The notes under the pieces were generated by a model. That model saw only the letters and a list, made by a program, of their open reading frames with translations, had not been told where the DNA came from and ran no database searches. The position numbers and the translations under genes were made by a program. A stretch of DNA of 64,000 nt from the IMG/VR virus record IMGVR_UViG_3300036846_000555, positions 32,001-96,000 of that record; one strand, given 5' to 3'. Positions 9,243 through 20,100 of this stretch are shown piece by piece (position 1 is the first letter of the stretch; each line of letters starts with the position of its first letter). This DNA comes from a virus.

Positions 9243-9496
9243 TCAAGGCCGGGGGCGAGGCGCGGCTTCTGTCCCTGGCCTGGAGGTACGGCGGTGAGGA
9301 CCCTTACCGGACCTACAACGGGCTCGACGAGGACTACCGCCCGCTCGGGCGCCCGAACGAGGACGCGCGCCCGCCCATGTACCCGAGCCGTCTGCGGCAC
9401 TTCATGTACGGGTGCGCGATGGCGGCGCTCGATCAGGACACGAAGATCGCGGGTGGCTCGACGGCGCGCCGGGCGGTTAGGGCGATGGGGGGCTAG
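9233..9496 (+). other. Programmed -1 frameshift site A AAA AAC and extension of chaperone (GT product)
   Basis: Slippery heptamer at 9233-9239; the -1 frame is open (KLIKAGGEARLLSLAWRY...RAMGG) to TAG 9494-9496, immediately before the tape measure ATG. Confidence 0.85.
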
Positions 9497-12400
9497 ATGG
9501 CGGTAAGCCTGGAAGCCGTCTTCAACCTGATCGACCGGGCCAGCGGGCCGCTGCGCACGATCCAGCGCAACGCGATGCTGACCGACAAGGCGCTGGGCTC
9601 GATGGGCAAGAACCGGCAGCTCTCGATGCTCAGCGACAGCTTCGGCAAGGTCGGGTGGTCCTCCAAGCAGATGCGCGGGGAGGTCGAGAAGACGAGGTGG
9701 ACGGTGCAGTGGCTGGGGAAGGAGCTGGACCGCGACGCGCTCAAGTTCAAGAACATCAAGAACCACATCGAGAACTTCACCCGGTCGCTGGTGCAGTCGC
9801 ACCCGGCTATTCAGGGCGCCGCCCAGGGGCTGGGTGGTCTGGGTGGTGCGGTGAAGGGGTTCGCGACGGCGCTCCCGATGATGGGGACGCTGATCATCAC
9901 GGCGATCCCGATCATCCTCCAGCTCGCCGGGGCGATCGGCGCCGTCAGCACGTCCCTGATCGGGGCGGCTGGCGGCGGCGCGCTGCTCGGCGGCGGCCTG
10001 CTCGGCGCGTTCGGGGTCGGGCTCGGCTCGGTGGCGGTGCTCGCCAAGCCCGCGATCACGCAGCTCACCAACTACCAGAAGGCCGTCACCAACCTGAACA
10101 AGGCGATCGCGTCGGGGAAGCCGGGGCAGATCAAGGCGGCTCAGCTCAACGTTGACCGGCTCGCGAAGGCCAACCCGGGCGTGGCCGGGCTCGCACAGAA
10201 CATCGCCAAGTTCAAGAAGGAGTGGGACAAGGCGACGGCGCCGGGCAAGGCGAGCTTCCTCAAGCTCGCGAACGAGGGGATCGCGCTCCTGGTCAAGAAC
10301 ACGCAGTGGCTCGCCAAAGAGGTCGACAAGAACATGGCCGCGGTCGAGCGGGCGATCCGGACGCACATGGGGCCGTTGGTCAAAGCGCTCAAGCCCCTGA
10401 TCGGCGGGCTCGGCGGCGTCTTCCGCGCGAATATCGGCGGCGCCGTCGGCGGCGTCGTGGATCTCCTGAAGGGTCTCGGCAACATCCTCAAGGTCATCGC
10501 GCCGACCCTGGACAAGGCGGGCGGCGCGTTCCAGAGGATGGCCAAGGCGTTTGAGTCGTGGACGGGGTCGGCACACGGGCGGCAGACGGTCAAGAACATG
10601 ACCGATGCGTTCAAGGAGTGGGCGCGGCTGCTCGGCGGGATCGCGCGGATCATCGGCGACGTCATCGGCGCCGGGATGCAGACCGGCACCGGCGTGGTCA
10701 AGAAGTGGGCGGACTCCGTCACCGCCGTCGCCAACATGCTCGCGAAGCCGGGCGGCACGAAGGGGATCGAGAGCTGGTTCAAACGGACGATGGATCAGGC
10801 CGGGAAGCTCATGCCCGTCCTGAAAACCATCGCGTCGTCGATGCTCCAGCTCTACCAGATCTGGAAGCCGCTCGGGGCCGTTACGCAGGCCGTCTTGAAG
10901 GCTGTCCCGTCCTGGATGCTGACGGTGGGTGCGCTGGGCTTCATCGGCGGGAAGGCCGTCGCTGGAGCGGCCGGTCCCGTCAAGGCGATCGGCAAGGCGT
11001 TCGGCAAGTTCAAGGACAAGGGCGACCGGCCGACGGACCCGCTGTTCGTCGCGGTCGTCGGGGAAACCGGCAAGACCACCAGCGGTCTGTTCGGCGGCGG
11101 CAAGTTCAGCGAACGCCTATCGAAGTGGGAGGAGAAGGGCGGATGGCGAGGCAAGCTCGCCGGGGGTCTCCGGAAGGTCGGGATCGGCCGGGCCGCGGAA
11201 GAGGCCGAGCAGTTGGCGATCCCCGGACTGGAAGCAGCAGCGGGCGTCACCGCTGCAGGCGCCGCAGGCAAGGGCGGTCTGCTGAGCAAGGTTGGCGGCT
11301 TCTTCAGCAAGATCGGCGGCAAGCTCGGGCTCAGCGGACTGTTCAAGGGTGGCGGCGGCATCGAGGGCGAGATCGGCAGGCTCGCCAAGGTCGGTGGGCA
11401 CTTCGGGCGCTTCGGCGGTGTTGCTGCGCTGGGCGTCCCGCTGCTGGAGAGCATGATCCCGTCGAAGGTCATGGGGTCCACCGTCGGCAAGATCGCCGGG
11501 TCGACGTTGTCGGGCGCAGGCTTCGGCGCGATTCTCGGCCCGGAGGGCGCGGCGGTCGGCGCAGGTCTCGGCGCCGCGTACGGCGGAGCGAAGGCGCTCG
11601 GCCTGGACCCGGGGAAGCTCGGCGGTCTCGCCAAGAAGGGGTTCACGGCGGTCAAGGGCGCGGCTGGGGACGCGTGGAAGTGGATCAAGGGGCACTGGGA
11701 CTGGCTCGGCATCCTCGCCGGTCCGCTGGGGCTCGCGACCACGATGATCATCAAGCACTTCGGGGCGATCAAGAAGGCGATCGGCGCGGCGTGGAACTGG
11801 ATCAAGCGCGCCGCCACCAATGCCGCCAAGTGGATAGTGGACGCGTTCAGCAACGCGTGGAAGTGGATCAAGAACGCCGCCACCAATGTCGCCAAGTGGG
11901 TGTCGGGCGCGTTCACCAACGCGTGGAACTGGATCAAGACCGGTGTCAGCAATGCGGCGAAGTGGATAGTCGGCGCGTTCAACAACGCGTGGAACTGGAT
12001 CAAGGCTCTGCCGGGCAAGATCGCGGGCGTATTCGCCAAACTGCCCGGCCTGCTCCTGGGCGCGCTGAAGGGGATCGGGCACGCGATCACCAAGCCGTTC
12101 ACGGACGCGTTCGACTTCGTCAAGAAGCACATCCCGCACTTCCACAGCCACAAGATCCTCGGGGTCTCCGTGCCGCTCCCGTTCGCGGAGGGCGGCACGG
12201 TGCCGCGGACCACGGACGTGCTCGTCGGGGAGGCCGGACCGGAGGTTCTGCATCTGCCCGCCGGGACTCGCGTGACGCCAAACCATGCGCTGCCGACGAT
12301 GTACGCGCAGACCGGCACGCCCACGCCGATGCCCGGCAGTGCAGCGTCAGCAACGGGCGCGCGAGGAGCCCAGAACTTCACGCAGACGCTCCGGGCGACG

Positions 12401-14440
12401 CAGGTTGCGATGACCAAGCTTGTGCAGCAGTCGCAGCAGATCTTGGCGGCGCTGAACAACATGGGCAAGGCGCTCCAGAACACCGAGAACGAGCTGACCA
12501 ACCCGCGCTCGGGGATGGTGGGCGCACTCAACGCTGTTGAAACCGAGTTCTCGCAGTTCTCCAAGGCCAGCCACAACGCCGCCCAGGCGATCCAGAACGA
12601 CATGACCTGGCTCGGCAACCAGATGAACGCGATCCTGCCGCCGCAGAGCAAGGCGGCGTTCGACGCGATGGTGACCAACTTCACCGCCACCAGGGCGAGC
12701 CTGCAGAAGGTCTGGACGCAGGTGATCACCGACGTCAACTGGGGCGTCGGCCAGATCTTCAAGTCGATGGCGGGCGCGTTCAAGACGATGGGCGTAAACC
12801 CGCCTGCAGGCGTCGCTGCGGCCACGAAAGGCAAGGCGAGGGGTGGGCGCCTACCCGGGGAGCCGCGTGGCGACCACATCCCCCTGTACGGCTCTGGCGG
12901 CACGCTGCTGGGCATGGCTGACGGCGGGGAGCTGGTCGTCAACCGTCACACCGAGCAGCGCGTCAACCGGATGCTGCCGCGCGGGACGTCGCTCGGCGGG
13001 GAGGTCGCGGGCGAGACGACGCCGCACTTCAAGTCGGGCAGCTTCGCGCACGGCGGCCGGATCCCCGGCTACCAGACCGGCGGGGTGGTCGGCCAGATCA
13101 ACTCGCTGGCGTCCGCGTCCGGGTTCAACAAGACCGCCATCGCCGGGCTGCTCGGCAACGCGATGCAGGAGTCGAGCCTGAACCCGAACACGCCCGGCGG
13201 CGGCCTGTGGCAGCAGATCTCCAACTTCGGCTCGGGCACCGGCGGGTCGGTGCAGGCACAGTGGGCGCGGATGCTGCCGCAGATCATGGGCATCCGCGGG
13301 TCGATGAACAACGCGGGCAGCCCCGGCGCCGCCGCCACGATCTTCGAACAGTCGTTTGAGCGGGCGGGCATCCCGGCGCTCGCGAACCGCATCCGGTACG
13401 CGAACGCGGCGTTCTCGGGCTCGCTCGGCCCGCTCACCGGCGGCGCGGGCGCTGGCGGCGGTGTCGCGCCGACGATCAGGGCACCGGGAGTCAAGGGCCC
13501 GGCGGGCGCGATCACCGCGATGGGCCAGGCCGCGATCGCTCAGATCGTCAACGCCGCCAACAAGGCGGTGCAGGCGGCGCAGCCTGCGATCATCGGCGGC
13601 GGCGGCGGCGCGGGCCCCACGTTCGTGCCGACCGGCGGTCCCGTCCCCCCGAAGGTTCAGGCGGCGTTGCAGTTCGCGAACGAGCTGGCGACCCGCCATC
13701 CGCCGTACGGCCACCAGGGCGCCGGATGGGGACTCGGCGCCTACGACTGCTCCTCGTACGTGAGCACGGTCATGGACGCGGCGGGCATCTGGCCGAAGTG
13801 GGCGTACTACACGGCGGCGCAGCCGATCAACCAGCACACCGACCCCGGACCGGGCCAGTGGATCACGCTCGGCACGTGGGGCAGCTCGGGGCAGCAGGCG
13901 CACACGATGATGGAGATCGACGGCCACTACTTCGAATCGGGCGGCGGCGACGGCGGACCGCACCGCGACTCGGGCTGGTCGCAGAAGTTCGACCAGTACC
14001 GCCATCCACACGGCTTCGCGCTCGGCGGCGTCGTGGACAACGCGAGCGCGGCGAAGTCGAAGAAGAACCTGTTCCTCCGCGTGAACCCGGGCGTTGGCAA
14101 GGCCGGTTACCAGCCGACGCAGGAAGAGGCCGCGGGCATCCAGGCCAACCAGCAGGCGATCCGCACGCAGTTCGCGAAAGGTCACGCGATGGGCGGCTAC
14201 CTGCCGGTGCCGTGGTTCGCGGAGGGCGGCGACTTCATCGCCAAGCGCCCGCAGATCATCGGCGTCGGCGACCGGCCCGGCGGCGAGCGGGTCACGGTGC
14301 AGCCCGCGGGCCAGGGGCGTATCGGCAGTCCTGTCCACATCGAGATCCACAAGGTCGAGGTTCATCGCAAGGGCGACATCCAGAAGATCGTCGACGAGGA
14401 GCTGGCGGCGCTCGCCAGCTCGCTGGAGGCGCAGCTCTGA
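9497..14440 (+). CDS. Tape measure protein with C-terminal phage-tail-lysozyme-like and NlpC/P60 domains
   Basis: 1647 aa, Ala/Gly-rich with Trp repeats; AIAGLLGNAMQESSLNP (~13135-13420) and YDCSSYV...HTMM (~13650-14010). Confidence 0.9.
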   Translation: MAVSLEAVFNLIDRASGPLRTIQRNAMLTDKALGSMGKNRQLSMLSDSFGKVGWSSKQMRGEVEKTRWTVQWLGKELDRDALKFKNIKNHIENFTRSLVQSHPAIQGAAQGLGGLGGAVKGFATALPMMGTLIITAIPIILQLAGAIGAVSTSLIGAAGGGALLGGGLLGAFGVGLGSVAVLAKPAITQLTNYQKAVTNLNKAIASGKPGQIKAAQLNVDRLAKANPGVAGLAQNIAKFKKEWDKATAPGKASFLKLANEGIALLVKNTQWLAKEVDKNMAAVERAIRTHMGPLVKALKPLIGGLGGVFRANIGGAVGGVVDLLKGLGNILKVIAPTLDKAGGAFQRMAKAFESWTGSAHGRQTVKNMTDAFKEWARLLGGIARIIGDVIGAGMQTGTGVVKKWADSVTAVANMLAKPGGTKGIESWFKRTMDQAGKLMPVLKTIASSMLQLYQIWKPLGAVTQAVLKAVPSWMLTVGALGFIGGKAVAGAAGPVKAIGKAFGKFKDKGDRPTDPLFVAVVGETGKTTSGLFGGGKFSERLSKWEEKGGWRGKLAGGLRKVGIGRAAEEAEQLAIPGLEAAAGVTAAGAAGKGGLLSKVGGFFSKIGGKLGLSGLFKGGGGIEGEIGRLAKVGGHFGRFGGVAALGVPLLESMIPSKVMGSTVGKIAGSTLSGAGFGAILGPEGAAVGAGLGAAYGGAKALGLDPGKLGGLAKKGFTAVKGAAGDAWKWIKGHWDWLGILAGPLGLATTMIIKHFGAIKKAIGAAWNWIKRAATNAAKWIVDAFSNAWKWIKNAATNVAKWVSGAFTNAWNWIKTGVSNAAKWIVGAFNNAWNWIKALPGKIAGVFAKLPGLLLGALKGIGHAITKPFTDAFDFVKKHIPHFHSHKILGVSVPLPFAEGGTVPRTTDVLVGEAGPEVLHLPAGTRVTPNHALPTMYAQTGTPTPMPGSAASATGARGAQNFTQTLRATQVAMTKLVQQSQQILAALNNMGKALQNTENELTNPRSGMVGALNAVETEFSQFSKASHNAAQAIQNDMTWLGNQMNAILPPQSKAAFDAMVTNFTATRASLQKVWTQVITDVNWGVGQIFKSMAGAFKTMGVNPPAGVAAATKGKARGGRLPGEPRGDHIPLYGSGGTLLGMADGGELVVNRHTEQRVNRMLPRGTSLGGEVAGETTPHFKSGSFAHGGRIPGYQTGGVVGQINSLASASGFNKTAIAGLLGNAMQESSLNPNTPGGGLWQQISNFGSGTGGSVQAQWARMLPQIMGIRGSMNNAGSPGAAATIFEQSFERAGIPALANRIRYANAAFSGSLGPLTGGAGAGGGVAPTIRAPGVKGPAGAITAMGQAAIAQIVNAANKAVQAAQPAIIGGGGGAGPTFVPTGGPVPPKVQAALQFANELATRHPPYGHQGAGWGLGAYDCSSYVSTVMDAAGIWPKWAYYTAAQPINQHTDPGPGQWITLGTWGSSGQQAHTMMEIDGHYFESGGGDGGPHRDSGWSQKFDQYRHPHGFALGGVVDNASAAKSKKNLFLRVNPGVGKAGYQPTQEEAAGIQANQQAIRTQFAKGHAMGGYLPVPWFAEGGDFIAKRPQIIGVGDRPGGERVTVQPAGQGRIGSPVHIEIHKVEVHRKGDIQKIVDEELAALASSLEAQL
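11789..12006 (+). repeat. 22-aa (66-bp) tape-measure repeats, about 3.3 copies
   Basis: AWNWIKRAATNAAKWIVDAFSN / AWKWIKNAATNVAKWVSGAFTN / AWNWIKTGVSNAAKWIVGAFNN / AWNWIK. Confidence 0.85.
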
Positions 14441-15258
14441 TGGCCGACGGGCTGAACATCACGCTCTCCGCCATCGGCGACGGGCTGACCGTCGACAAGA
14501 ACGGGCGGCCGCTGCTGCCGGTCCCGTTCGTGTTCCAGTGCTCGCCGCTGGAGGAGTTCTCGATCGTCCACGCGTTCAACATGGGCACCTACGACACCAT
14601 CGACGACGACCAGTTCGTCCGCCGCGGCTCGCGTCAGCTCGACACCTGGACGTTCGACACGATGGCGATGTACCTCGGCGACGACGGCTACGGCCACTAC
14701 CGGCCCGACTGGGTGCCGTACCCGACCCGCGAGAAGTCCGGCCGCCAGTACCAGCGCCCCGAGTGGTACAAGGACCAGCTCGTCAGCCTGTTCACGGCCG
14801 GGTCGCCGTTCCGGTTCGTCGCCGCGTTCAAGCACTCGACCACGATCCGCCGCGCGTTCGCGGTGCTGACCGCCTTCAACGAGGTGTACAAGCATGGCGA
14901 GGGCGACGCGATCTACTTCCAGGGCGTCGCGTTCCAGGAGTGGCGCGACCCGCGCGGCAAGACGGTGCCGTCGCGCGGCACGCACAAGCTCCCGGCGCAC
15001 GTGCGCTTCCGTTCCGTCGGCGGCCATTACATCGCCTACGACACCGCCAGCAATCGGAACCTCCCGCACGCGAAGGCGGCCTCGACCCTGTCCGATCTCG
15101 CGCGCTACTACTACGGCGACGCGTCGAAGTGGCGCCAGATCGCGAAGGCGAACCACCTGCGCGGCGGCGGCTCGACGTCGTACATCTTCAGCCGCTGGTA
15201 CCCGCACCGGTTGTCCAAGGGCAAGCCGAACGTGACGATGGTGATCCCGAAGAAATGA
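14440..15258 (+). CDS. LysM-domain tail tube initiator (XkdP-like)
   Basis: ATG overlaps the TMP stop; C-terminal TLSDLARYYYGDASKWRQIAKAN is a LysM signature. Confidence 0.8.
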   Translation: MADGLNITLSAIGDGLTVDKNGRPLLPVPFVFQCSPLEEFSIVHAFNMGTYDTIDDDQFVRRGSRQLDTWTFDTMAMYLGDDGYGHYRPDWVPYPTREKSGRQYQRPEWYKDQLVSLFTAGSPFRFVAAFKHSTTIRRAFAVLTAFNEVYKHGEGDAIYFQGVAFQEWRDPRGKTVPSRGTHKLPAHVRFRSVGGHYIAYDTASNRNLPHAKAASTLSDLARYYYGDASKWRQIAKANHLRGGGSTSYIFSRWYPHRLSKGKPNVTMVIPKK

Positions 15259-16838
15259 CCACGCCCGTCATCAGCGCGGCGCAGCGCCACATGGAGATCC
15301 ACTTCGAAAAGGTCGCCGTCAGCGGGCTGGAGCAGACCATCTCCACGCCGGACATCTGGAAGACCCGGATCCGTCTGCTCGCGCGCGGCCAGGGCCAGAC
15401 GATCGACATCTCCAGCCTGGTCGACAACCTCACGTGGCAGGACGAGTCCTCCGACGATCTCGCGAACATCAACACGCAGGCGGCGCTGACCGGCTCGATC
15501 ACGCTGCACAAGCCGCCGCTGCGCCAGTACAAGACGCTGGCGCCGCTGCTCTACCCCGGCGAGTCGCTGAGCGCCCGCGTCGTCAAGTCCGGCTCGCAGG
15601 AGCGCTCCGGCTTTGGCGCGATGGGCGTCGTGATCATCTGCCAGGTCGGCTACGGCAACCAGTACTCCAACGTGTGGGCGATGCGCGTCGGGCCGGGCTA
15701 CGACTCGGGCGTGGCCGACACGGTGACGCTGTCGGACGGAAGCTGGAACCTGAATCTCACCGACGACCTGTGGACGCTCGCGCAGACCGTCGCCGACTTC
15801 AAGTACACGGCGGGCAAGACGTCACGCAAGCAGGGCTGGCGGTGCGACCAGATCGCCCACGACGTGTGCCAACGCTACCGGGTGCCGGTCCGCACGCTGT
15901 CGCAGGGCACCGCGTACTTCTCGATGGCGATCTCCTCGACGGCGCTGACCTCGCCGGTGCATGTCATCACCGCCGCCTACCACGAGGAGACCAAGCGGAC
16001 CGGGCGCACGTTCATCATCCGCTGGGGCGCGCCGGACGCCAAGCACCCGTTCGGCGCGCTGGAGGTGGTCCCGATGCGCCGCAACCGCGCGCTGTACAAG
16101 TTCCGCGAGCAGCTTCTCGACGCCACGCTCACCCGCAGCCAGGATCCCGGCTTCGCGACCGTCATCGAGGCCCGCGGCCAGATGAAGGGCAAGGGCGGCA
16201 AGACGCGCAAGATCACCCAGACCACGCTGAACGCCTCCGCGATCAAGCGGTTCGGGTTCATCCGCAAGACGGTCAGCTTCGGGTCGGTGTCGTCCGAGCT
16301 GGAGCTGCAGATCCTCGCCAAGCGCGCGCTCGCGCAGCGCCTGACGCCGTTACGCACCGCCGAGATCAACCATCCGGGGATCGCCACCATCCGCCGCGGC
16401 GACGCGATCCGCATCGACCTGCCCGAGGAGGGCTACGGCAACGTGGCGCTCACGTCGCTCGCGGCGCCCGGGACGAAGGGCCAGAGCAAGGCGTACATCG
16501 CGGCGCTGCAGGCCGCCGAGAAGTCCGACCCGACGATGTTCAGCCAGGCGAACCCGGCGGTGGCGGCGCAGGCCGCCGCGGGCGCGGGCTCCTCGACCAC
16601 CCCGAAGGCGGACGCGAACACGCCCGCGATGCTGCCGACCTCCAACCAGGGCATCGCGTTCGTGGTCACGGCCGCGCACGCGGTCGCGGCCGGGAGCTAC
16701 ACGATGGATCTGACGACCGGCTTCATCGACGTGCTCGACCCCAACGAGGTCCGCGCCCAGGTGGACAAGGCGATCCGCGACTGGAAGGCGGCGTCCAAGC
16801 CGTCGACGCCCGCGAAGACCGCGAAGGCGAAGCACTGA
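15255..16838 (+). CDS. Baseplate hub protein (XkdQ/gp27-like)
   Basis: ATGA overlap; position after the LysM gene; IARDVC-type segment and IRRGDAIRI motif. Confidence 0.7.
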   Translation: MTTPVISAAQRHMEIHFEKVAVSGLEQTISTPDIWKTRIRLLARGQGQTIDISSLVDNLTWQDESSDDLANINTQAALTGSITLHKPPLRQYKTLAPLLYPGESLSARVVKSGSQERSGFGAMGVVIICQVGYGNQYSNVWAMRVGPGYDSGVADTVTLSDGSWNLNLTDDLWTLAQTVADFKYTAGKTSRKQGWRCDQIAHDVCQRYRVPVRTLSQGTAYFSMAISSTALTSPVHVITAAYHEETKRTGRTFIIRWGAPDAKHPFGALEVVPMRRNRALYKFREQLLDATLTRSQDPGFATVIEARGQMKGKGGKTRKITQTTLNASAIKRFGFIRKTVSFGSVSSELELQILAKRALAQRLTPLRTAEINHPGIATIRRGDAIRIDLPEEGYGNVALTSLAAPGTKGQSKAYIAALQAAEKSDPTMFSQANPAVAAQAAAGAGSSTTPKADANTPAMLPTSNQGIAFVVTAAHAVAAGSYTMDLTTGFIDVLDPNEVRAQVDKAIRDWKAASKPSTPAKTAKAKH

Positions 16839-17185
16839 TGCTCGGGCCCGAACCGCTCGTGCTCGCGGGCCGCCAGGCGTTCCTGGATGCGCAGGCCGAG
16901 TTCGCCGGGATCGTCGCGCCGCTCGGCTTCTTCACCGTGAGCTGGTACGGGTCGCAGATGTCCGACGAGCGCGGCAGCTTCGGGATCGTCGACCCGGCGA
17001 TGGGGCTCGCGAACTCCGTCGGCGACGTCGTCGAGGTCGGCTACGGCGGGGACACGGTACGCGTGTACGTGATCGGCTCCCAGGCCGGGCTCGGCACCGA
17101 CCTCGGCATCACCCGACGCTCCTACCTGGCGCTCGGCCTGCTCGCGGTCGAGCCGATCACGGCGACTGTGGGGACGGTGACATGA
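16838..17185 (+). CDS. Small baseplate-region protein, possibly RlpA-like double-psi barrel
   Basis: 115 aa; VSWYG...GDVVEV...VRVYV...DLGITRRSYLALG resembles the RlpA/DPBB pattern. Confidence 0.45.
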   Translation: MLGPEPLVLAGRQAFLDAQAEFAGIVAPLGFFTVSWYGSQMSDERGSFGIVDPAMGLANSVGDVVEVGYGGDTVRVYVIGSQAGLGTDLGITRRSYLALGLLAVEPITATVGTVT

Positions 17186-20100
17186 CCGGCAAGCTCGCGC
17201 TGCGCGACGCGTTGAACAAGCACGGCCAGCGGATGGTCGAGAAGCACAAGGGGTCGCACTGGGCGTCGGTCATCGACACGACCCCGCTGACGCTCGACAT
17301 CCACGACTACGACCACAACGTGTTTGAGGGCGACGACTTCTCGCTGTCGCAGTCGCTGACCAGCTACCGCCAGTCGGTCGGCCTGCACGTCGATGATCTC
17401 GTGCTGCTGCAGGACGTCGGCGACGCGTGGGTGGCGGTCGACGTCGTCTCGGACAAGCCCGTCCCCGCGCTCGGCGGCGGCAAGGTCGGCCCGACGGGTC
17501 CCATCGGCCCGCAGGGCCCGATTGGCAACACGGGCCCTATCGGCGCGCAGGGCCCCATCGGCAACACGGGCGCGCAGGGACCGATCGGTAACACCGGGCC
17601 GCAGGGGGCGCAGGGGCCGCAGGGCGTCCAGGGCGTGCAGGGCGCGGTCGGTCCGGCCGGGCAGTCGTTCACGTACCGCGGGGCGTGGGCCAGCGGCACC
17701 GCCTACGTGCTCGACGACGTCGTCACCGGCTCGGACGGGTCGAGCTACATCGCGATGCAGGCCAACACCGGGCATGACCCGACAACCGACTCGGCGCACA
17801 CGTATTGGTCGCCGATGGCGATCCACGGCGCGACCGGCCCGCAGGGCGCGCAGGGCGCGCAGGGGGTCGCCGGGCCGACCGGCCCGAAGGGCGACCAGGG
17901 ACTCATAGGAACGACGGGGAACACCGGCCCGACGGGTCCCGCGGGCGGGCTCCTGTACACCCAGACGATCGGCGACGGTTCCAGCACGCAGTTCGTCGTC
18001 ACTCACGGGCTCGGCACGGTCTCCGTCCAGGTGACCGTGTATCAGACCGCGGCGCCGCACGCCGAGGTCACCGCCGAGATCGCGCACACCGACGCGAACA
18101 CGATCACCGTGACGACGACCGCCGTGCCCGCGTCGGGCGAGTTCACGGTGGCGGTCAACAGCCCGGGCGGCCCCGGGCCGCAGGGGCCGGTCGGTCCGCG
18201 CGGCTCGCAGTTCAACACGTACACCGGCTCGGGGACGCCGCCGACGGGCACCTTCCCCGGCGAGAGGGACGGCGATCAGGCGGTGCGGGCCAGCGACGGC
18301 GAGATGTTCCAGCGCGTCAACGGCGTCTGGGTGGATCAGGGATGGAGGAGCGTCGGCGCCACCTACGACAGCGATCAGATCGGCACCGTCAAGACCTACA
18401 GCGGCGCGACGATCCCGACCAACTGGATGCTGGCGGACGGCCGTGCGCTACAACGCGCCTCCTACCCCGACCTGTTCACGGCGCTGGGCGGCACGTCGAG
18501 CCCGTGGGGATTGCCGGACTCCGCGACGTTCAACATCCCCGATCTGCGCAGCCGCATGCTGGTCGCGGCCGGTCAGGGCGCTGGTCTGACCGCTCGGGCG
18601 ATGGCTGCCGCCAGCGGCTCGGAGAGCGTCACGCTCGACGCGACGATGATCCCTGGGCACAGCCACCAGTTCAACGTCAACTCGGGCTACATCTCCAGCG
18701 ACCATTCGCACTCTCTGAACATCAACAGCGGTGGCGCGAGCGCTCGGCACAACCACTACACGGTCGGTAATCAACAGGCAGTGCCATCGGCGGGAAGCTG
18801 GCCGCTGGCGGGCGGCGGCGCGAGCATCAGCGCCGGGGCCTACCCGTATATGTACCCCGGAGCGAACTTCACCCCCAACCAGGTTGGGACCAGCAACGAC
18901 CTGCAGGACCACGGGCACAACGTCAGCGGCGGCACGAGCGGGGTCAGCGCCAACCACTACCACAACGTCGCCGGAGGAACCGACAACGGCAGCGGCGGCG
19001 GGCTGTCGCACTCCAACATGCCGCCCTGGTGTGCGATCGCGATGATCGTCAAGGTGACCGGCGCGCAGATCAATCCTGGCGGCGCGCTGCAGGGCGCCAC
19101 GGGTCAGCGCGGCGCGATCTGGTACATCTGGAACGGGGCGGGCATCCCGCCCGCGGGCACGTTCGTCGGCGAGCTGGACGGCGATTGGGCGATCCGTCAG
19201 TCCGATGGCGAGAACTTTGAGCGCGTCGGCGGGGTGTGGGTTGATCAGAACTTCACGAACCGCACGAACGCGACGCCGGTTGCCGCGAGGGGGTATGGCG
19301 TCGGGACGCTCACCTTGACCTCTGGGGCGTTCACGAAGATCCCTCTGGACACGATCGACCATGACACGGGCGGGAATATGTCAACCGCGACCGGGCGGTT
19401 TACCTGCCCGTCGCCCGGCTGGTATCAGGCGAGCGGCTCGGTGGAGACCCCTGTCGCAGCGGGCGCGCGCGCTATTGCCGCCATCTTCAAGAACGGAACC
19501 GAGGTCTCGCGAGGCTCGGGCGGGACGGCCGACACCAACGTCACGGTCAGTGCCGCCCTGTACTGCGCTGCTGGCGACTACCTGGAGCTGTGGGCTTACA
19601 ACTCGGGAGCCGTAACTGGCAACATTCCGGGCGGCGGCCAGTTCCGCTATCTCTCCGTGGCGCTGATCACCGCGGGCTCGGGACCGCAGGGCGCCCGCGG
19701 CGCAATCTGGTTCACCTACAACGGGACCGGGACGCCCGCCACGGGTACGTTCAGCAACGAGGCCGACAACGACATGGCGATGCGCTCGTCAGACGGCGAG
19801 GTGTTCAAGCGCGTCTCGGGAGCATGGGTCGATCAGGGGTGGAAGGCGACGGCAGGGATCACGCAGACGCCAACGGCGGTGCGCATGCGCCGCGCTGCGG
19901 CGTTCTCACTCACCGCGAACACATGGATGAGACTCCCGCTCGATACTGCCGATTTCGATACCGCCGGGATGGCGAGCGTCGCCAACGGACGCGTCAACAT
20001 TCTGACCGACGGGGTGTACCAAGTCGATGCGAACGTCCTGCTCAACGCGAGCGCCACCGGTACCTACACCACCGTCGCGTGCGGAATCTATAAGAACGGC

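Noticed and set aside
10852-14365. Long antisense and alternative-frame ORFs over the tape measure gene (e.g. 10852..12942 minus, 12851..14365 minus, 10558..12540 plus), and similar ones genome-wide
   Set aside because: These are expected shadow ORFs of GC-rich coding DNA: Arg/Pro/Ala-rich, with no RBS and no motifs.
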